Shown here in pieces: positions 12,305 to 21,948 of a stretch of 64,000 nt of DNA. Each line of letters begins with the position of its first letter. Within the stretch, counting starts at the first letter, position 1. A model generated the notes under the pieces. The model was not told where the DNA came from, searched no databases, and saw only the letters and a program-made list of their open reading frames with translations. Both the position numbers and the translations under genes were made by a program. This DNA comes from an uncultured virus (IMG/VR IMGVR_UViG_3300030000_000004) (taxonomy: Duplodnaviria > Heunggongvirae > Uroviricota > Caudoviricetes). The stretch lies in the IMG/VR virus record IMGVR_UViG_3300030000_000004. One strand, written 5' to 3'.

Positions 12305-12943
12305 ATGCACAAATCACCATTTATAGTTAAACAAGATTTCCTGTCACCTTTACACTGCGAAAGTATCTTATCTGATATTCAGGTATTATCACCTGATACT
12401 GATGATAAGGGTGAACCTCAAAAAATAGAAAAACATGTTCTAAAATGGGAACAAGAAATCATTGAACGTTTTAGACCTCTTATTCCTGAAATTGAATCTA
12501 CATATGATTGTTTGTATAGAGGATTAGAAAAACCAGTTTTTCAATACTTTCCAGAAAATGCAAAATCTCCAGCTGAAAAACCAGGCTGCGAAAATTCTAT
12601 GTTTGCTAGGAAAAAATGGGTGATGGTTAAGGATGTTGATTTGGTTGGTTTCATTTGGTTGAAAAATTACAACAATGCTGTTCCACTTGATATTAAATCA
12701 GAAGTTTACGGTGGTAAATTAGAATTTCCAGCTTTCAATTTTAGTTTGGTTCCACAACAAGGGACATTAGTTTTGTATCCAGCTGGTCCACATTTCATAT
12801 CTGTTATTTCACCTATCTTATTGGGTGATTTGTATCAAATCAAATTGAATATATCTATCAAACAGACAAATGGTGGACAATATTTTTATCAACCACAGAA
12901 GCACCCAGGTAAATGGGAACAATGGTTTGAAAGTTATTTTTAA
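12305..12943 (+). CDS. 2OG-Fe(II) oxygenase-fold protein, apparently lacking metal ligands
   Basis: DFLSPLHCE...FIWL...YGGKLEFP...PQQGTLVLYPA pattern typical of P4H-like oxygenases. Confidence 0.7.
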   Translation: MHKSPFIVKQDFLSPLHCESILSDIQVLSPDTDDKGEPQKIEKHVLKWEQEIIERFRPLIPEIESTYDCLYRGLEKPVFQYFPENAKSPAEKPGCENSMFARKKWVMVKDVDLVGFIWLKNYNNAVPLDIKSEVYGGKLEFPAFNFSLVPQQGTLVLYPAGPHFISVISPILLGDLYQIKLNISIKQTNGGQYFYQPQKHPGKWEQWFESYF

Positions 12944-14463
12944 GCTTCGTTAATTTTTTTTCTGTAGTAATCGACACCCTGTCGATCAACACCTCTAACA
13001 GCATTTCCAACGCCATCATGGTGAATGAGCCCGTAAATAAAGGTTCCTTTATCGTAGGTGGCGTATTTGTTTGCAACGTCTGATGATAATGTAACTCCAG
13101 CTAATATCGTTTTATTAGAAGTGTTGTAATCATTCCAATATTTTTTCTGTTCATCTAGATAGAATCTTATCTGTGCTTTAGTAGAAAGATAAGCATTGGT
13201 TCTATTTTCATATGAAGGATCCACACTTATCTTCTTAAAATAAATACTTGCGATCTTATCTAACATCTGAAATAATCCTAATGCAGAAGATGTTGGATTT
13301 TTTGCAGTTGGAATATTTCTACTTTCAATCTTTGCCATAAATCTAAGTAGCTTCTTATCATCTTCATCTAATGATGCATCTTCTGATAGTGCTTGTTCCA
13401 TACCTGGATCACCTGGAGATAATCCTGGACCAGGAACTTCAGCTGGTGCTTGATTAGGTAATGTCTTTGGGCAGTCATTTGCTCTTGCAGCTTCTGCTTC
13501 TTGAGAAGTCATACCCTTATTACCATTAGAAACATTTTTCTCATTAGTAGGAACGCCTGGTGCAGAATTATTATCGGCTGCTACAAAATTTCCATTTATA
13601 TAATCTACTGGATCAACTGGATTTTTGTATCCACCTTTGTGAATTTCAAAATGTAAGTGGGCTGCTGTTCCAACACCTTCACTTCCTTCTTTTGCTATTT
13701 TCTGCCCAGCTGAAACTTGTTGTCCCACCTTAACATAAATGTCTCGCATGTGACCGTATAAAGATGTAGCGACTATTTTTCCATCTGCAGATTTATGTTC
13801 AATCTGTATCCAATTTCCATAGCCAGAAGCTGGACCAGCCTTAACAACTGTACCATCAGCAGTTGCAAGTATCTCACCAAGTTCCGTACCAGGTTGAGAT
13901 ATGTCAATGCCGGCGTGTAATTTCTTTTGACCTGTTACTGGGTGGACACGTTCTCCGAATGGTGAAGTTATTCTTCCATTTGGAGTATATGGGAATACAA
14001 ATTTGACAGTATCCGATTTCGTACCTTTTTTAGGAAAGAAATTATATTCTCTTGAATCAATAAGACCTGCTGCATCAGATGCTTTTATCAACACCTTATA
14101 ATTTTTCTCAGCATGTTCTGTTGACACGGTTCCAGATAATCGCCCATTCAAAAATGACAGTTCAGATAATGGATTAGCACCATCGTTAACAGAAATGTAC
14201 CATTCTGTTACAACTCTATCTGATCCAGGAGTAAGAGTAAACTGCTCATCAACTTTTAATTCTAAATCAGAAGTAAGTGTGTTATTGTTGATTTTGTTAA
14301 TAGGTTTCTGAGCAGAATCATCCATCATGCCGCTTTGATTACCAGCACGTTTAGAATAACATTCAATATTTTCACCCTGCAACATTTCTGTTGGTTGTTT
14401 ATATTCAGGTATTGGAGTCCACTGAAGCGATTTTTGTGGTTTACCGCAGTCTGCGCAAGTCAT
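12940..14463 (-). CDS. multi-domain peptidoglycan hydrolase (Ig-like + M23 peptidase + transglycosylase-like)
   Basis: ITSPFGERVHPVTG, HAGID, YGHM, HLHFE (M23); IESRNIPTAKNPTSSALGLFQ (SLT-like). Confidence 0.85.
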   Translation of the reverse strand: MTCADCGKPQKSLQWTPIPEYKQPTEMLQGENIECYSKRAGNQSGMMDDSAQKPINKINNNTLTSDLELKVDEQFTLTPGSDRVVTEWYISVNDGANPLSELSFLNGRLSGTVSTEHAEKNYKVLIKASDAAGLIDSREYNFFPKKGTKSDTVKFVFPYTPNGRITSPFGERVHPVTGQKKLHAGIDISQPGTELGEILATADGTVVKAGPASGYGNWIQIEHKSADGKIVATSLYGHMRDIYVKVGQQVSAGQKIAKEGSEGVGTAAHLHFEIHKGGYKNPVDPVDYINGNFVAADNNSAPGVPTNEKNVSNGNKGMTSQEAEAARANDCPKTLPNQAPAEVPGPGLSPGDPGMEQALSEDASLDEDDKKLLRFMAKIESRNIPTAKNPTSSALGLFQMLDKIASIYFKKISVDPSYENRTNAYLSTKAQIRFYLDEQKKYWNDYNTSNKTILAGVTLSSDVANKYATYDKGTFIYGLIHHDGVGNAVRGVDRQGVDYYRKKINEA

Positions 14464-14489
14464 ATGTGTTTATATTGCTTTTTAAAAAG

Positions 14490-14846
14490 TTACTTTTTTG
14501 ATGCACTGTTTAACGTTTCTGCGTTAATTTCAGTAGCTTTCTTATTGAGTTTTTCACTTTCTGAGGTGAAAAATTCACCTATTCCAATAATTTGATTCTC
14601 TAACTGTTTCATGCGTTCTTCAGAAGCAATCAACATTTTGGCTGCATCTGATTGTTTAGCTTTATCAATATCGATTTTAGCTGCATTTAGTGGCAAAGTC
14701 AAAAGTTGTGCAGGAGGTATTCTGATAACATATTCAACCTGTCTTACAATTTGAGGTTCTGGTTTTACGATATCTGGATTGTTCCACGTGCACCCACTCA
14801 ATGAGATAATTGCCACTGATGACAATAATGTGATGTATTTTTTCAT
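14490..14846 (-). CDS. o-spanin (Rz1-like lipoprotein)
   Basis: Start moved to MKKYITLL; lipobox LSGC; RIPPAQLL; directly follows the i-spanin. Confidence 0.75.
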   Translation of the reverse strand: MKKYITLLSSVAIISLSGCTWNNPDIVKPEPQIVRQVEYVIRIPPAQLLTLPLNAAKIDIDKAKQSDAAKMLIASEERMKQLENQIIGIGEFFTSESEKLNKKATEINAETLNSASKK

Positions 14847-14847
14847 A

Positions 14848-15309
14848 TTAATTTTTCCTATTGTCTTGAATACCACGCATAGTCTCTTTTAATACAGGAG
14901 AAAGAGCTCCGTCATTAAGAGGATTTTTTATCAATTCATCAACACGGTTTGATAAAACGTTTAATGCAACTTTATCATTTTTGGATAAAGTATTCAATTT
15001 GTCAATTGCACGCTGTGCATCAGCTCTTTCACTTTTAAGTTGATCAACAGTTTTAAGATTTTCATTATTGGCACTAGAGACAACTGTCAAATTATCTTTT
15101 AATGTTTTGTTGTTATCTGTGAGAGTTTTGTTGTTGGTTGTTAAAATGCTATTTGTAGAAGTTAATTCTTGAATGTCCGATCTTAAACTGTGTACATACC
15201 ATAATGACCCCGCAGCTAACAATATCACTATAGTAATTATGATACTTCTAGTGGAAGAGAATATCGTACCGAAAATAGTACGACCTATTGATAAAATAAA
15301 TGCCACCAT
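14848..15309 (-). CDS. i-spanin (Rz-like)
   Basis: Single N-terminal TM segment, periplasmic coiled coil, adjacent lipoprotein gene. Confidence 0.75.
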   Translation of the reverse strand: MVAFILSIGRTIFGTIFSSTRSIIITIVILLAAGSLWYVHSLRSDIQELTSTNSILTTNNKTLTDNNKTLKDNLTVVSSANNENLKTVDQLKSERADAQRAIDKLNTLSKNDKVALNVLSNRVDELIKNPLNDGALSPVLKETMRGIQDNRKN

Positions 15310-15319
15310 GGTATATCCT

Positions 15320-15553
15320 TTATTGATTGGATATTAATTTAACCTGTCCGGTTCTTGGAGTTGTCCAAGTTATTAATATCTGGTTTTCTGAATTATGAAT
15401 TATTGATAATGGGAATGCTTTCTGTAGATTCCCAAATGTATCGTGAGCCAAAACTTCTACTACTGGTTCTGTACCAAAATCGTGATCAATCGTCCAAGTT
15501 GTGCTCAAAGTTTTTTGAGCAAAGTCTAAAAATTTTATTCCAAAAATTGTCAT
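15320..15553 (-). CDS. small virion/fibre-associated beta-domain protein
   Basis: One copy of the WxIxHxxGxxPxVxV domain shared with neighbouring genes. Confidence 0.65.
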   Translation of the reverse strand: MTIFGIKFLDFAQKTLSTTWTIDHDFGTEPVVEVLAHDTFGNLQKAFPLSIIHNSENQILITWTTPRTGQVKLISNQ

Positions 15554-15562
15554 AATTTTTCC

Positions 15563-15808
15563 TTAAGCAAGAATGATTGCAATTCCAGTTTTTGGGCGCG
15601 AATGGGTAACTGTTACAGTGTTTGCATCTGTGTATTTTATTTCGACTGGATTCACTTTAGTTAATTGTGAATTTATATCAATAAAAACGTCAACAATTGG
15701 AACACCTTTACTACCATTGCCACCTAAACTGTGATGAATTACCCAATCAGCCGAAGCGACTGATTGTTCATGTCTATAAACTGATGGTGATACTGTTTTA
15801 CCTAACAT
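15563..15808 (-). CDS. small virion/fibre-associated beta-domain protein
   Basis: YRHEQSVASADWVIHHSLG...PIVDV; paralogous to neighbours. Confidence 0.65.
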   Translation of the reverse strand: MLGKTVSPSVYRHEQSVASADWVIHHSLGGNGSKGVPIVDVFIDINSQLTKVNPVEIKYTDANTVTVTHSRPKTGIAIILA

Positions 15809-15817
15809 ATATTTCCT

Positions 15818-16420
15818 TTAAACAAGTTTAGCTTGTCCGGATTGTGGAGTACTAAATGTGACGGTTACAGTATTCATGGTATCAAAAGTTATTGACATTG
15901 GTTGAACTTCTTGGTTACCAACAAATATTCTAACAATCGGATATCTACCTAACCCGTGTGCAATTGACCAAGTCGTTGATGGAGTCGTTTGATAGAACTC
16001 ATATGCATACGTTGGCAATGCTTGACCTTCTTGTGATCCTGAAAGGACAACAACTTTACCCTGTGTTGATGAAGCAAACGACACAGTTATTTGATTAGCA
16101 CTATCAACCGAAATATCATCAGGTAAAATCACTCTATTGTTGAGATCATAAACCATTATTGAAACGTTCGTCGTGTTAAGTGGATGTGAAATTACCCAAC
16201 TAACAGCACTAGTATTTTGAATGTGAGTATAAGTGGTTATCTCATTTGTTAATGGAACCCAGGTTGGTAATTGATCAACAATATCAACGCAGATATAAAG
16301 GATACGATCCTTAAATACAATTTGACCTACTTTAGGTGTTGCTGGGAAATACGTATCTAGAGGAATAACAGCCTCTTTTAAAGCATTCTGTTGTAAGTGT
16401 GCTTCGCCAAAAAATTTCAT
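15818..16420 (-). CDS. virion protein with two WxIxH beta domains
   Basis: N-terminus resembles that of ORF 16538-18976; two tandem C-terminal domains. Confidence 0.7.
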   Translation of the reverse strand: MKFFGEAHLQQNALKEAVIPLDTYFPATPKVGQIVFKDRILYICVDIVDQLPTWVPLTNEITTYTHIQNTSAVSWVISHPLNTTNVSIMVYDLNNRVILPDDISVDSANQITVSFASSTQGKVVVLSGSQEGQALPTYAYEFYQTTPSTTWSIAHGLGRYPIVRIFVGNQEVQPMSITFDTMNTVTVTFSTPQSGQAKLV

Positions 16421-16480
16421 AATGATTACCTCTTAAGAATTGATAAATCTATTTATTCGTTTCGTACAATATCTTCACAA

Positions 16481-16510
16481 AATAAAAGGGAGATTGATCT
16501 CCCTTTTATT
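16481..16510. terminator. intrinsic terminator after the 812-aa fibre gene (symmetric)
   Basis: AATAAAAGGGAGAT-TG-ATCTCCCTTTTATT. Confidence 0.8.
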
Positions 16511-16537
16511 GTTTTACAGATTTAAATCTGAATCAGA

Positions 16538-18976
16538 TTAAACTGCTACAGAAGTCTTAACACCAGTAACGATAACCTTACAAGCCACTGGGGAAGTAAA
16601 GGTAACAGTCAATTGATCAGCACTGTCGAAGTGGATACTTTGTGGAATAACAACTTCGTCAGAAGCAGTTTCAACAATAGTAACGTTACAGTATTTTTGA
16701 CCAATGTTGTGTCCAACTACGTGAGTTGAAGCTGAAGAACCATCATACAAGAAGTATGTTGTTTGGTTTTCAAATTGTGAAGTACCACCATTGTAAACCA
16801 ATGTCTGTCCAACAACTGGAGTATCAATAGTTACATCGGTTAATGAGTCAAGAGCTTTTCCAACTAAAGATACAGCACCTGCAGTAACTGAGAAGTCAGC
16901 AGCATCAAAGCTTGCAAGACCCTTAGCAGCATCAGTTGCATCAGCTACGTTGATAGTAACTGAACCATCAGTAGCAACAGTGGTGATAGGAGCAGAACCG
17001 CCAACAACACTGAATGAAGAACCTAAAGCAGTTGAACCAGCACCAGTAGTACCAGTGTAGCCAACAGTGCTAAATGCTAACTGTGCATTATCAACACCAC
17101 CTGCCTTAATAACAACGTTACCAGCAGTTACTGCGAAGTCAGCAGTAGCGAAAGTAGCAACACCCTTCTGAGAAGAAGAAGCATCAGCAATTGTCAACGT
17201 GAAGGTTGATGTACCAGCTGGGGATTCAGTAACCAAAGTAGAAATACCTTGAACAGAGTCACCCTTAACTTGAAGAGTATCACCAAGCACAAGTGCATCA
17301 GTACCAACATCACCATTGATAGTGAATGATGGGTGAAGCAACATTGCATTTGTAACACCGCCTGCACTGATCTTCAAACCAGAAGCAGATTGTTCCAAAC
17401 CAGCACCATCAAGAACGAATGTCAATTGGTCACCAGTGTTTGTACCAGTAAGCTGAACAGCTTTACCAGAAACAATATCAATACCAACTTCGTCAGTAGG
17501 CAATTGAGCAATACCTGCACCCAAATTAACGCTTAATACATTACCAGATTTTGACAAGCCATCACCAGCAGTAATTTGACCAGTACCAGTGAATTGAACC
17601 CATGCTGTACCAGTGAAAACATAACCAGATTCGTCAGTCTTATCAAACAATGCCCATCCATCTGCAGGAGTATCACCAGCATTTACAGCTGTAGCAGAAG
17701 TAGCAGTGTAGATTTTTCCATCAGTCGTGTTAAGGTAACGATTACCAACTGTCATACCACTTGTAGGTACAGCTGCGACGACTGCGGTAACTGGAGCTTG
17801 CCAAGACAATCCACCAGCTAAAGAATCAACGTAACCCTTTGTAGCAGCATCGGTCGCTACGGTTGGAGAACCAACAGCTGCAACTTTATTACCACCCATA
17901 TTAAGATCACCAGTCATTGTGTCACCAGCTACGTTAACGTATACGGTATCAACCAATGCAGTAATATCAGCTGTAACAACAGGAGTATTACCAACTACGC
18001 GACCCTTGCTATCAACAGTCACCTTGCTTAATGATCCAGTAGCTGCTTGGGTAACAGTAGCAAGACCGAATGTTGTATCGGTTGATACACCATCACTAGC
18101 ACCAGTAATAACCAAGTCAGAAGAAACAACAGCTAATGCACGAGTTGTTGCAGAACCATCAGCAGTACGTACTACGTAACCGAAAGATGTAAGACCTTCA
18201 ATAGCAGCCAAGTCATTTGCCAAAGCAAATGTTGGTTGACCTGCAATACCAGCTGGGTCAGAAATTGTCAAACCTTCAGTTGGAGCAACAAGCGTACGTG
18301 CTGCGAAAATGTTATCAGCAGTTTGAACGATAATACCAGTACCTGAAAGGCTAGCAAGTGAAGTCAAACCAGTGTCTAGAGGTTGCTTAAGATCCAATTG
18401 ACCTTGAATACCAGAAGTAACGCCATCAACAAAGTTCAATTCTGTTGTTGAAAGAGTAGCACCGTCAAGAATGTTTAATTCGGCTGCTGAAGCAGTTAAA
18501 TCGGATACTTCGCTAACTGTCAATGTGTTATTGACCCATGCGGTACCATTGAACTTAAGGAACTGTCCGTCAGTTGGTGTAGAAATTGTTACATCACCAA
18601 GTTCAGCCAAAGTATCTGCACTAGCTGCTTTATCAGCCAACAAAGTCAAAGCTTCTGTTACGCTTCCAGCAGCTGCAATAACTGGAACACCTGTAAGTGC
18701 TGATGAGTTGAATACACCATTTGAAGATACGATAGTGCCAAGAGAAGCTTCAATAGAATTTACTTCTGTTTGAAGATTTGCTGCATTACCACCAGTAGCA
18801 AAAGAAACCCATGCTGCTCCATTGTTGTAATAGAAAAGTGCGTCGGTAGTATTGAATACTAAACGACCCTTTTGATTTGAATCAAAAGTTGGGGTTGATG
18901 CTAATCTTTCAAAATATACATTTTGAATTTCAGAAGTTGAATCTGAATTAAGAACTAAATTACCATTAAGTTTCAT
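16538..18976 (-). CDS. fibre-like virion structural protein
   Basis: Gly/Thr/Ala-rich; GDTMTGDLNMGGNKV...TDAATKGYVD fibre motif; repeated ADA..KG.A.F..ADF.VTAG; own promoter and terminator. Confidence 0.75.
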   Translation of the reverse strand: MKLNGNLVLNSDSTSEIQNVYFERLASTPTFDSNQKGRLVFNTTDALFYYNNGAAWVSFATGGNAANLQTEVNSIEASLGTIVSSNGVFNSSALTGVPVIAAAGSVTEALTLLADKAASADTLAELGDVTISTPTDGQFLKFNGTAWVNNTLTVSEVSDLTASAAELNILDGATLSTTELNFVDGVTSGIQGQLDLKQPLDTGLTSLASLSGTGIIVQTADNIFAARTLVAPTEGLTISDPAGIAGQPTFALANDLAAIEGLTSFGYVVRTADGSATTRALAVVSSDLVITGASDGVSTDTTFGLATVTQAATGSLSKVTVDSKGRVVGNTPVVTADITALVDTVYVNVAGDTMTGDLNMGGNKVAAVGSPTVATDAATKGYVDSLAGGLSWQAPVTAVVAAVPTSGMTVGNRYLNTTDGKIYTATSATAVNAGDTPADGWALFDKTDESGYVFTGTAWVQFTGTGQITAGDGLSKSGNVLSVNLGAGIAQLPTDEVGIDIVSGKAVQLTGTNTGDQLTFVLDGAGLEQSASGLKISAGGVTNAMLLHPSFTINGDVGTDALVLGDTLQVKGDSVQGISTLVTESPAGTSTFTLTIADASSSQKGVATFATADFAVTAGNVVIKAGGVDNAQLAFSTVGYTGTTGAGSTALGSSFSVVGGSAPITTVATDGSVTINVADATDAAKGLASFDAADFSVTAGAVSLVGKALDSLTDVTIDTPVVGQTLVYNGGTSQFENQTTYFLYDGSSASTHVVGHNIGQKYCNVTIVETASDEVVIPQSIHFDSADQLTVTFTSPVACKVIVTGVKTSVAV

Positions 18977-19020
18977 GAGTTATCTCCTAGGATTGTTGAC
19001 TTAAATTATTCCGTACTGTT

Positions 19021-19028
19021 TATTTATA
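19021..19028 (-). promoter_or_regulatory. T4-type late promoter
   Basis: TATAAATA on the - strand upstream of the fibre gene. Confidence 0.75.
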
Positions 19029-19254
19029 GAATTCGTCTAGTTGCCGTTGTTAAAGCCTTAATTGCTGAATTAAAAGCGACAGGTTCAACCAACACTGAAC
19101 CCAAATCATAATCCATAAGAACCTGACTCGGTACTTCAGGAAAAAAGAATATACCTTTGTTCCCAATCTTTTCAATGGTTTCTAACTTAAAACCTAGAAC
19201 TTTTAAAGATGCAGCAAGAATAATATCTTGGGTTTCTATTGATTTGTTTTGCAT
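19024..19254 (-). CDS. small protein resembling DUF5659 family
   Basis: ETQDIILAASL..LGFKL...F.F pattern (recalled resemblance). Confidence 0.6.
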   Translation of the reverse strand: MQNKSIETQDIILAASLKVLGFKLETIEKIGNKGIFFFPEVPSQVLMDYDLGSVLVEPVAFNSAIKALTTATRRIL

Positions 19255-19294
19255 ATTATTTCCTATTGTTACATTGCTATAAATCGTATAAGTT

Positions 19295-19302
19295 TATTTA
19301 TA
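19295..19302 (-). promoter_or_regulatory. T4-type late promoter within an inverted repeat
   Basis: TATAAATA on -; arms TTGCTATAAAT / ATTTATAGCAA. Confidence 0.7.
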
Positions 19303-19314
19303 GCAACTAACGAA

Positions 19315-20286
19315 TTAAAATGCAAAAATCATAGCTCTCCCAGAAATAGGAGAGCTAAACATTACAAGTAATGTGTTATTTTCTATTATTTTTATTTTAT
19401 CAGGAATGATAACTTCCCAGTCATCATCGTAAACTGTCACTTGGCATCTAAAAGAATTCATGTTATGTGTAACTAACCACTGAACAGAATCAACCGATTG
19501 AACATGTTCGTAGCCAGAAACATTACCAGTGCCGCCCGTGCCACCTCCACCTGGTATTGAATCAACTTTATTATTTAATCGTTCTAGTGCTTCTTGAACA
19601 TTTGATGCATTTGGAAGAGTTGATATAGGTAGAATATCAATTGATGTTGCTTGATGTCTCCAACCCACATCACCAGACAGATGATGATTTAAATCTGATC
19701 TAAGTTGAACAATATCAACATTATTTATTAAACCTGATATTGTGAGGCTTTTAGTTGATATAAGATTACCATCAGCATCAATTCTGAATACTGGTGAACC
19801 ACCAAAAATATTACGAACAGAAACTAAATCGACTATAGGAACAACACCAGAATCAGGTTCAATTTTTAATGGTGTTGTTGAACGTGATTTAGGAGAAATT
19901 AACCAATGATCACTATCTTGAACGATTGTATTGATTGTACTAGATGAACCTAGAACTTCTAAGTCACCGGTTATCGTTACTTTTCCAGTTTCAGAATCTA
20001 TTTTGAAATAGATACCATCATCAGTATCATCGGATATTGTTAAATCTTTACCCGTTGACAACTTAATATTTGCTGATCCATTGACTGTTTGACTACTGTC
20101 ATAGACATGCTGGAGCGACAGCATTTGACCGCCGCCTGGAGCAGAACTCTGTCCATCATCGAACAGCAACCCTCTACCATTAACTGTCCAAGATTCGTTA
20201 GATGTACCACCAGCATTTATTATACCACCATTAGGTAGTTGCCCTAGTATACCATCTGTTTCTAAAATAATTGGTTTATTGCTCAT
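19315..20286 (-). CDS. virion structural / fibre protein
   Basis: ASNVQEALERL segment, Gly linker, C-terminal W.V.H domain. Confidence 0.65.
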   Translation of the reverse strand: MSNKPIILETDGILGQLPNGGIINAGGTSNESWTVNGRGLLFDDGQSSAPGGGQMLSLQHVYDSSQTVNGSANIKLSTGKDLTISDDTDDGIYFKIDSETGKVTITGDLEVLGSSSTINTIVQDSDHWLISPKSRSTTPLKIEPDSGVVPIVDLVSVRNIFGGSPVFRIDADGNLISTKSLTISGLINNVDIVQLRSDLNHHLSGDVGWRHQATSIDILPISTLPNASNVQEALERLNNKVDSIPGGGGTGGTGNVSGYEHVQSVDSVQWLVTHNMNSFRCQVTVYDDDWEVIIPDKIKIIENNTLLVMFSSPISGRAMIFAF

Positions 20287-20287
20287 C

Positions 20288-21292
20288 TCATCTGATCCTC
20301 ACCGGTGGAAAAATGTTCAGATAGATAGAATCTCGTTCATAAACATAACCAACTTGTTGTACTACACCGACTGTTGGAGGAGTTAAACGTAATTCTCCAG
20401 TTGCGCCACAAAAAAGTGGTTTGTTTATGTTAGCATCTGTCCAATCCCATTGTTCATTTCTAACAACACCATTAGAAATAACTTGTGCCATTTCTTCTTG
20501 ATGATGATCTGCAATAACAATACCACTGACAAAACTTGTAAGATTTAAACAAGATGCAAGACCTATTCTAAATTGTGGTAAAAATGAGACTAAATGATAT
20601 TTTGGTAATTCTTCAGCAGCTTGTGAATAAACCAATGCCATATCGAATTTAACATTTTGACCGCTAGTTTGATTTATTATTAAGCTAGATTCTGTAGTTA
20701 CAAATGTTCCATCAGATTGCTTTAGTGGTTTATTGTTTATACCTAAAATCAAATTACCTGCTGGCCATGTTCCAGTAGATATACCAACCTGTGATCCAAG
20801 TGGATATGAGATAATATTTGCTGACGAATCATAAATTGCAGCAAATAGTCGTACTTTATCTTGCCATGTTCCAGCTACTGTTGGAGATGGTTTTCTAAAA
20901 ACACGCATCCTAAAATTGATTAGATCAAACCAATGCGTATCGGCAGTTGGATTAACAGGTTCAGTTGCAGATACAATTGGTGGAACTAATGTCCATCCAC
21001 GTGATAATCCACCAGTACCTAAATCGATATCCCAAAATAAATATTGTGTTTGACCAGAAGCCGTTAAAGGACCATTCTTTGTTCCAACAACATCAGACCC
21101 CCAAGCACCCACAATAGATCGTGTTTCTTCAATAAGATAATTACTACCATAATGACAAAATGTTAGGATAATCGGTTCATTACCAACATTCAAATCTATT
21201 GAAGCACCTGATAGACTAGTTTTTTGTAACCAGTCTGCTCCAGATAAATTTGTTTGGCGTCTGACGATTCCTTGTCTGAAACCTAATTGCAT
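20288..21292 (-). CDS. virion structural protein
   Basis: In the baseplate/fibre operon; C-terminal KPLFCGATGELRLTPP...QQVG segment. Confidence 0.6.
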   Translation of the reverse strand: MQLGFRQGIVRRQTNLSGADWLQKTSLSGASIDLNVGNEPIILTFCHYGSNYLIEETRSIVGAWGSDVVGTKNGPLTASGQTQYLFWDIDLGTGGLSRGWTLVPPIVSATEPVNPTADTHWFDLINFRMRVFRKPSPTVAGTWQDKVRLFAAIYDSSANIISYPLGSQVGISTGTWPAGNLILGINNKPLKQSDGTFVTTESSLIINQTSGQNVKFDMALVYSQAAEELPKYHLVSFLPQFRIGLASCLNLTSFVSGIVIADHHQEEMAQVISNGVVRNEQWDWTDANINKPLFCGATGELRLTPPTVGVVQQVGYVYERDSIYLNIFPPVRIR

Positions 21293-21296
21293 AATT

Positions 21297-21896
21297 TCAA
21301 CTCACGCTAATTGTTAATGAGTAGGTTATAACCAGTTCTCTATTACTTGTCTTTAATATAGGTGAAAATATGATGTGGGTTAACAATAAATTGTCATAGG
21401 TAAATAATCCTAATTCATCAAATGCATATTGTGCTTCAGGATTTGGATTACCAGGAGTATCAGTTGTGTCTTGACCAGAAGGTTCTCCAGCAGCAATAGT
21501 TGCTGTACAGATAACAATAGTTGTAGTATCAGGTGCAGGGCTTTCTTGGAAGGTTACAGAATTTTCTGAAGGTGTGCTTGATTGAGCTTCATCAATTACC
21601 TCAGAATATGTTGCATTGTAAAGTGCTGCTGATGATCCAGTAGTATTTGGTGACTGATAAGTAATCATATTCATACTATCGATAGAAGAACCACCATTAC
21701 CAAGTTTCAGTTTATAAATGTGATTCAGTCTAATGCCAGACGTTGAATCTGCTGCCTCATTAGATAAGCCTCTAGCAATTGCAATTGCCATATTTTTGTT
21801 ATGGATCGCATTAAACTTATCTAAAAGCACCTCACCAGTGTTTTTATCAGCAATATGTACATGACCTGTAACTTTAGTTTGAATAGTTGAATTCAT
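21297..21896 (-). CDS. baseplate/tail structural protein
   Basis: VTGHVHI...NAIH...LGNGG...FDELGL...LLTHIIFSPILKTSNRELVITYSL, typical of myophage baseplate proteins. Confidence 0.7.
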   Translation of the reverse strand: MNSTIQTKVTGHVHIADKNTGEVLLDKFNAIHNKNMAIAIARGLSNEAADSTSGIRLNHIYKLKLGNGGSSIDSMNMITYQSPNTTGSSAALYNATYSEVIDEAQSSTPSENSVTFQESPAPDTTTIVICTATIAAGEPSGQDTTDTPGNPNPEAQYAFDELGLFTYDNLLLTHIIFSPILKTSNRELVITYSLTISVS

Positions 21897-21930
21897 TATT
21901 TCTCCGGCATTAGTGGTAAATTATTAACTT

Positions 21931-21938
21931 TATTTATA
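21931..21938 (-). promoter_or_regulatory. T4-type late promoter
   Basis: TATAAATA on -. Confidence 0.75.
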
Positions 21939-21948
21939 GATTCGACAA

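Noticed and set aside
12940..12943. Convergent genes sharing overlapping stop codons (TTAA) with no terminator
   Set aside because: Common genome compaction; no further sign of antisense regulation
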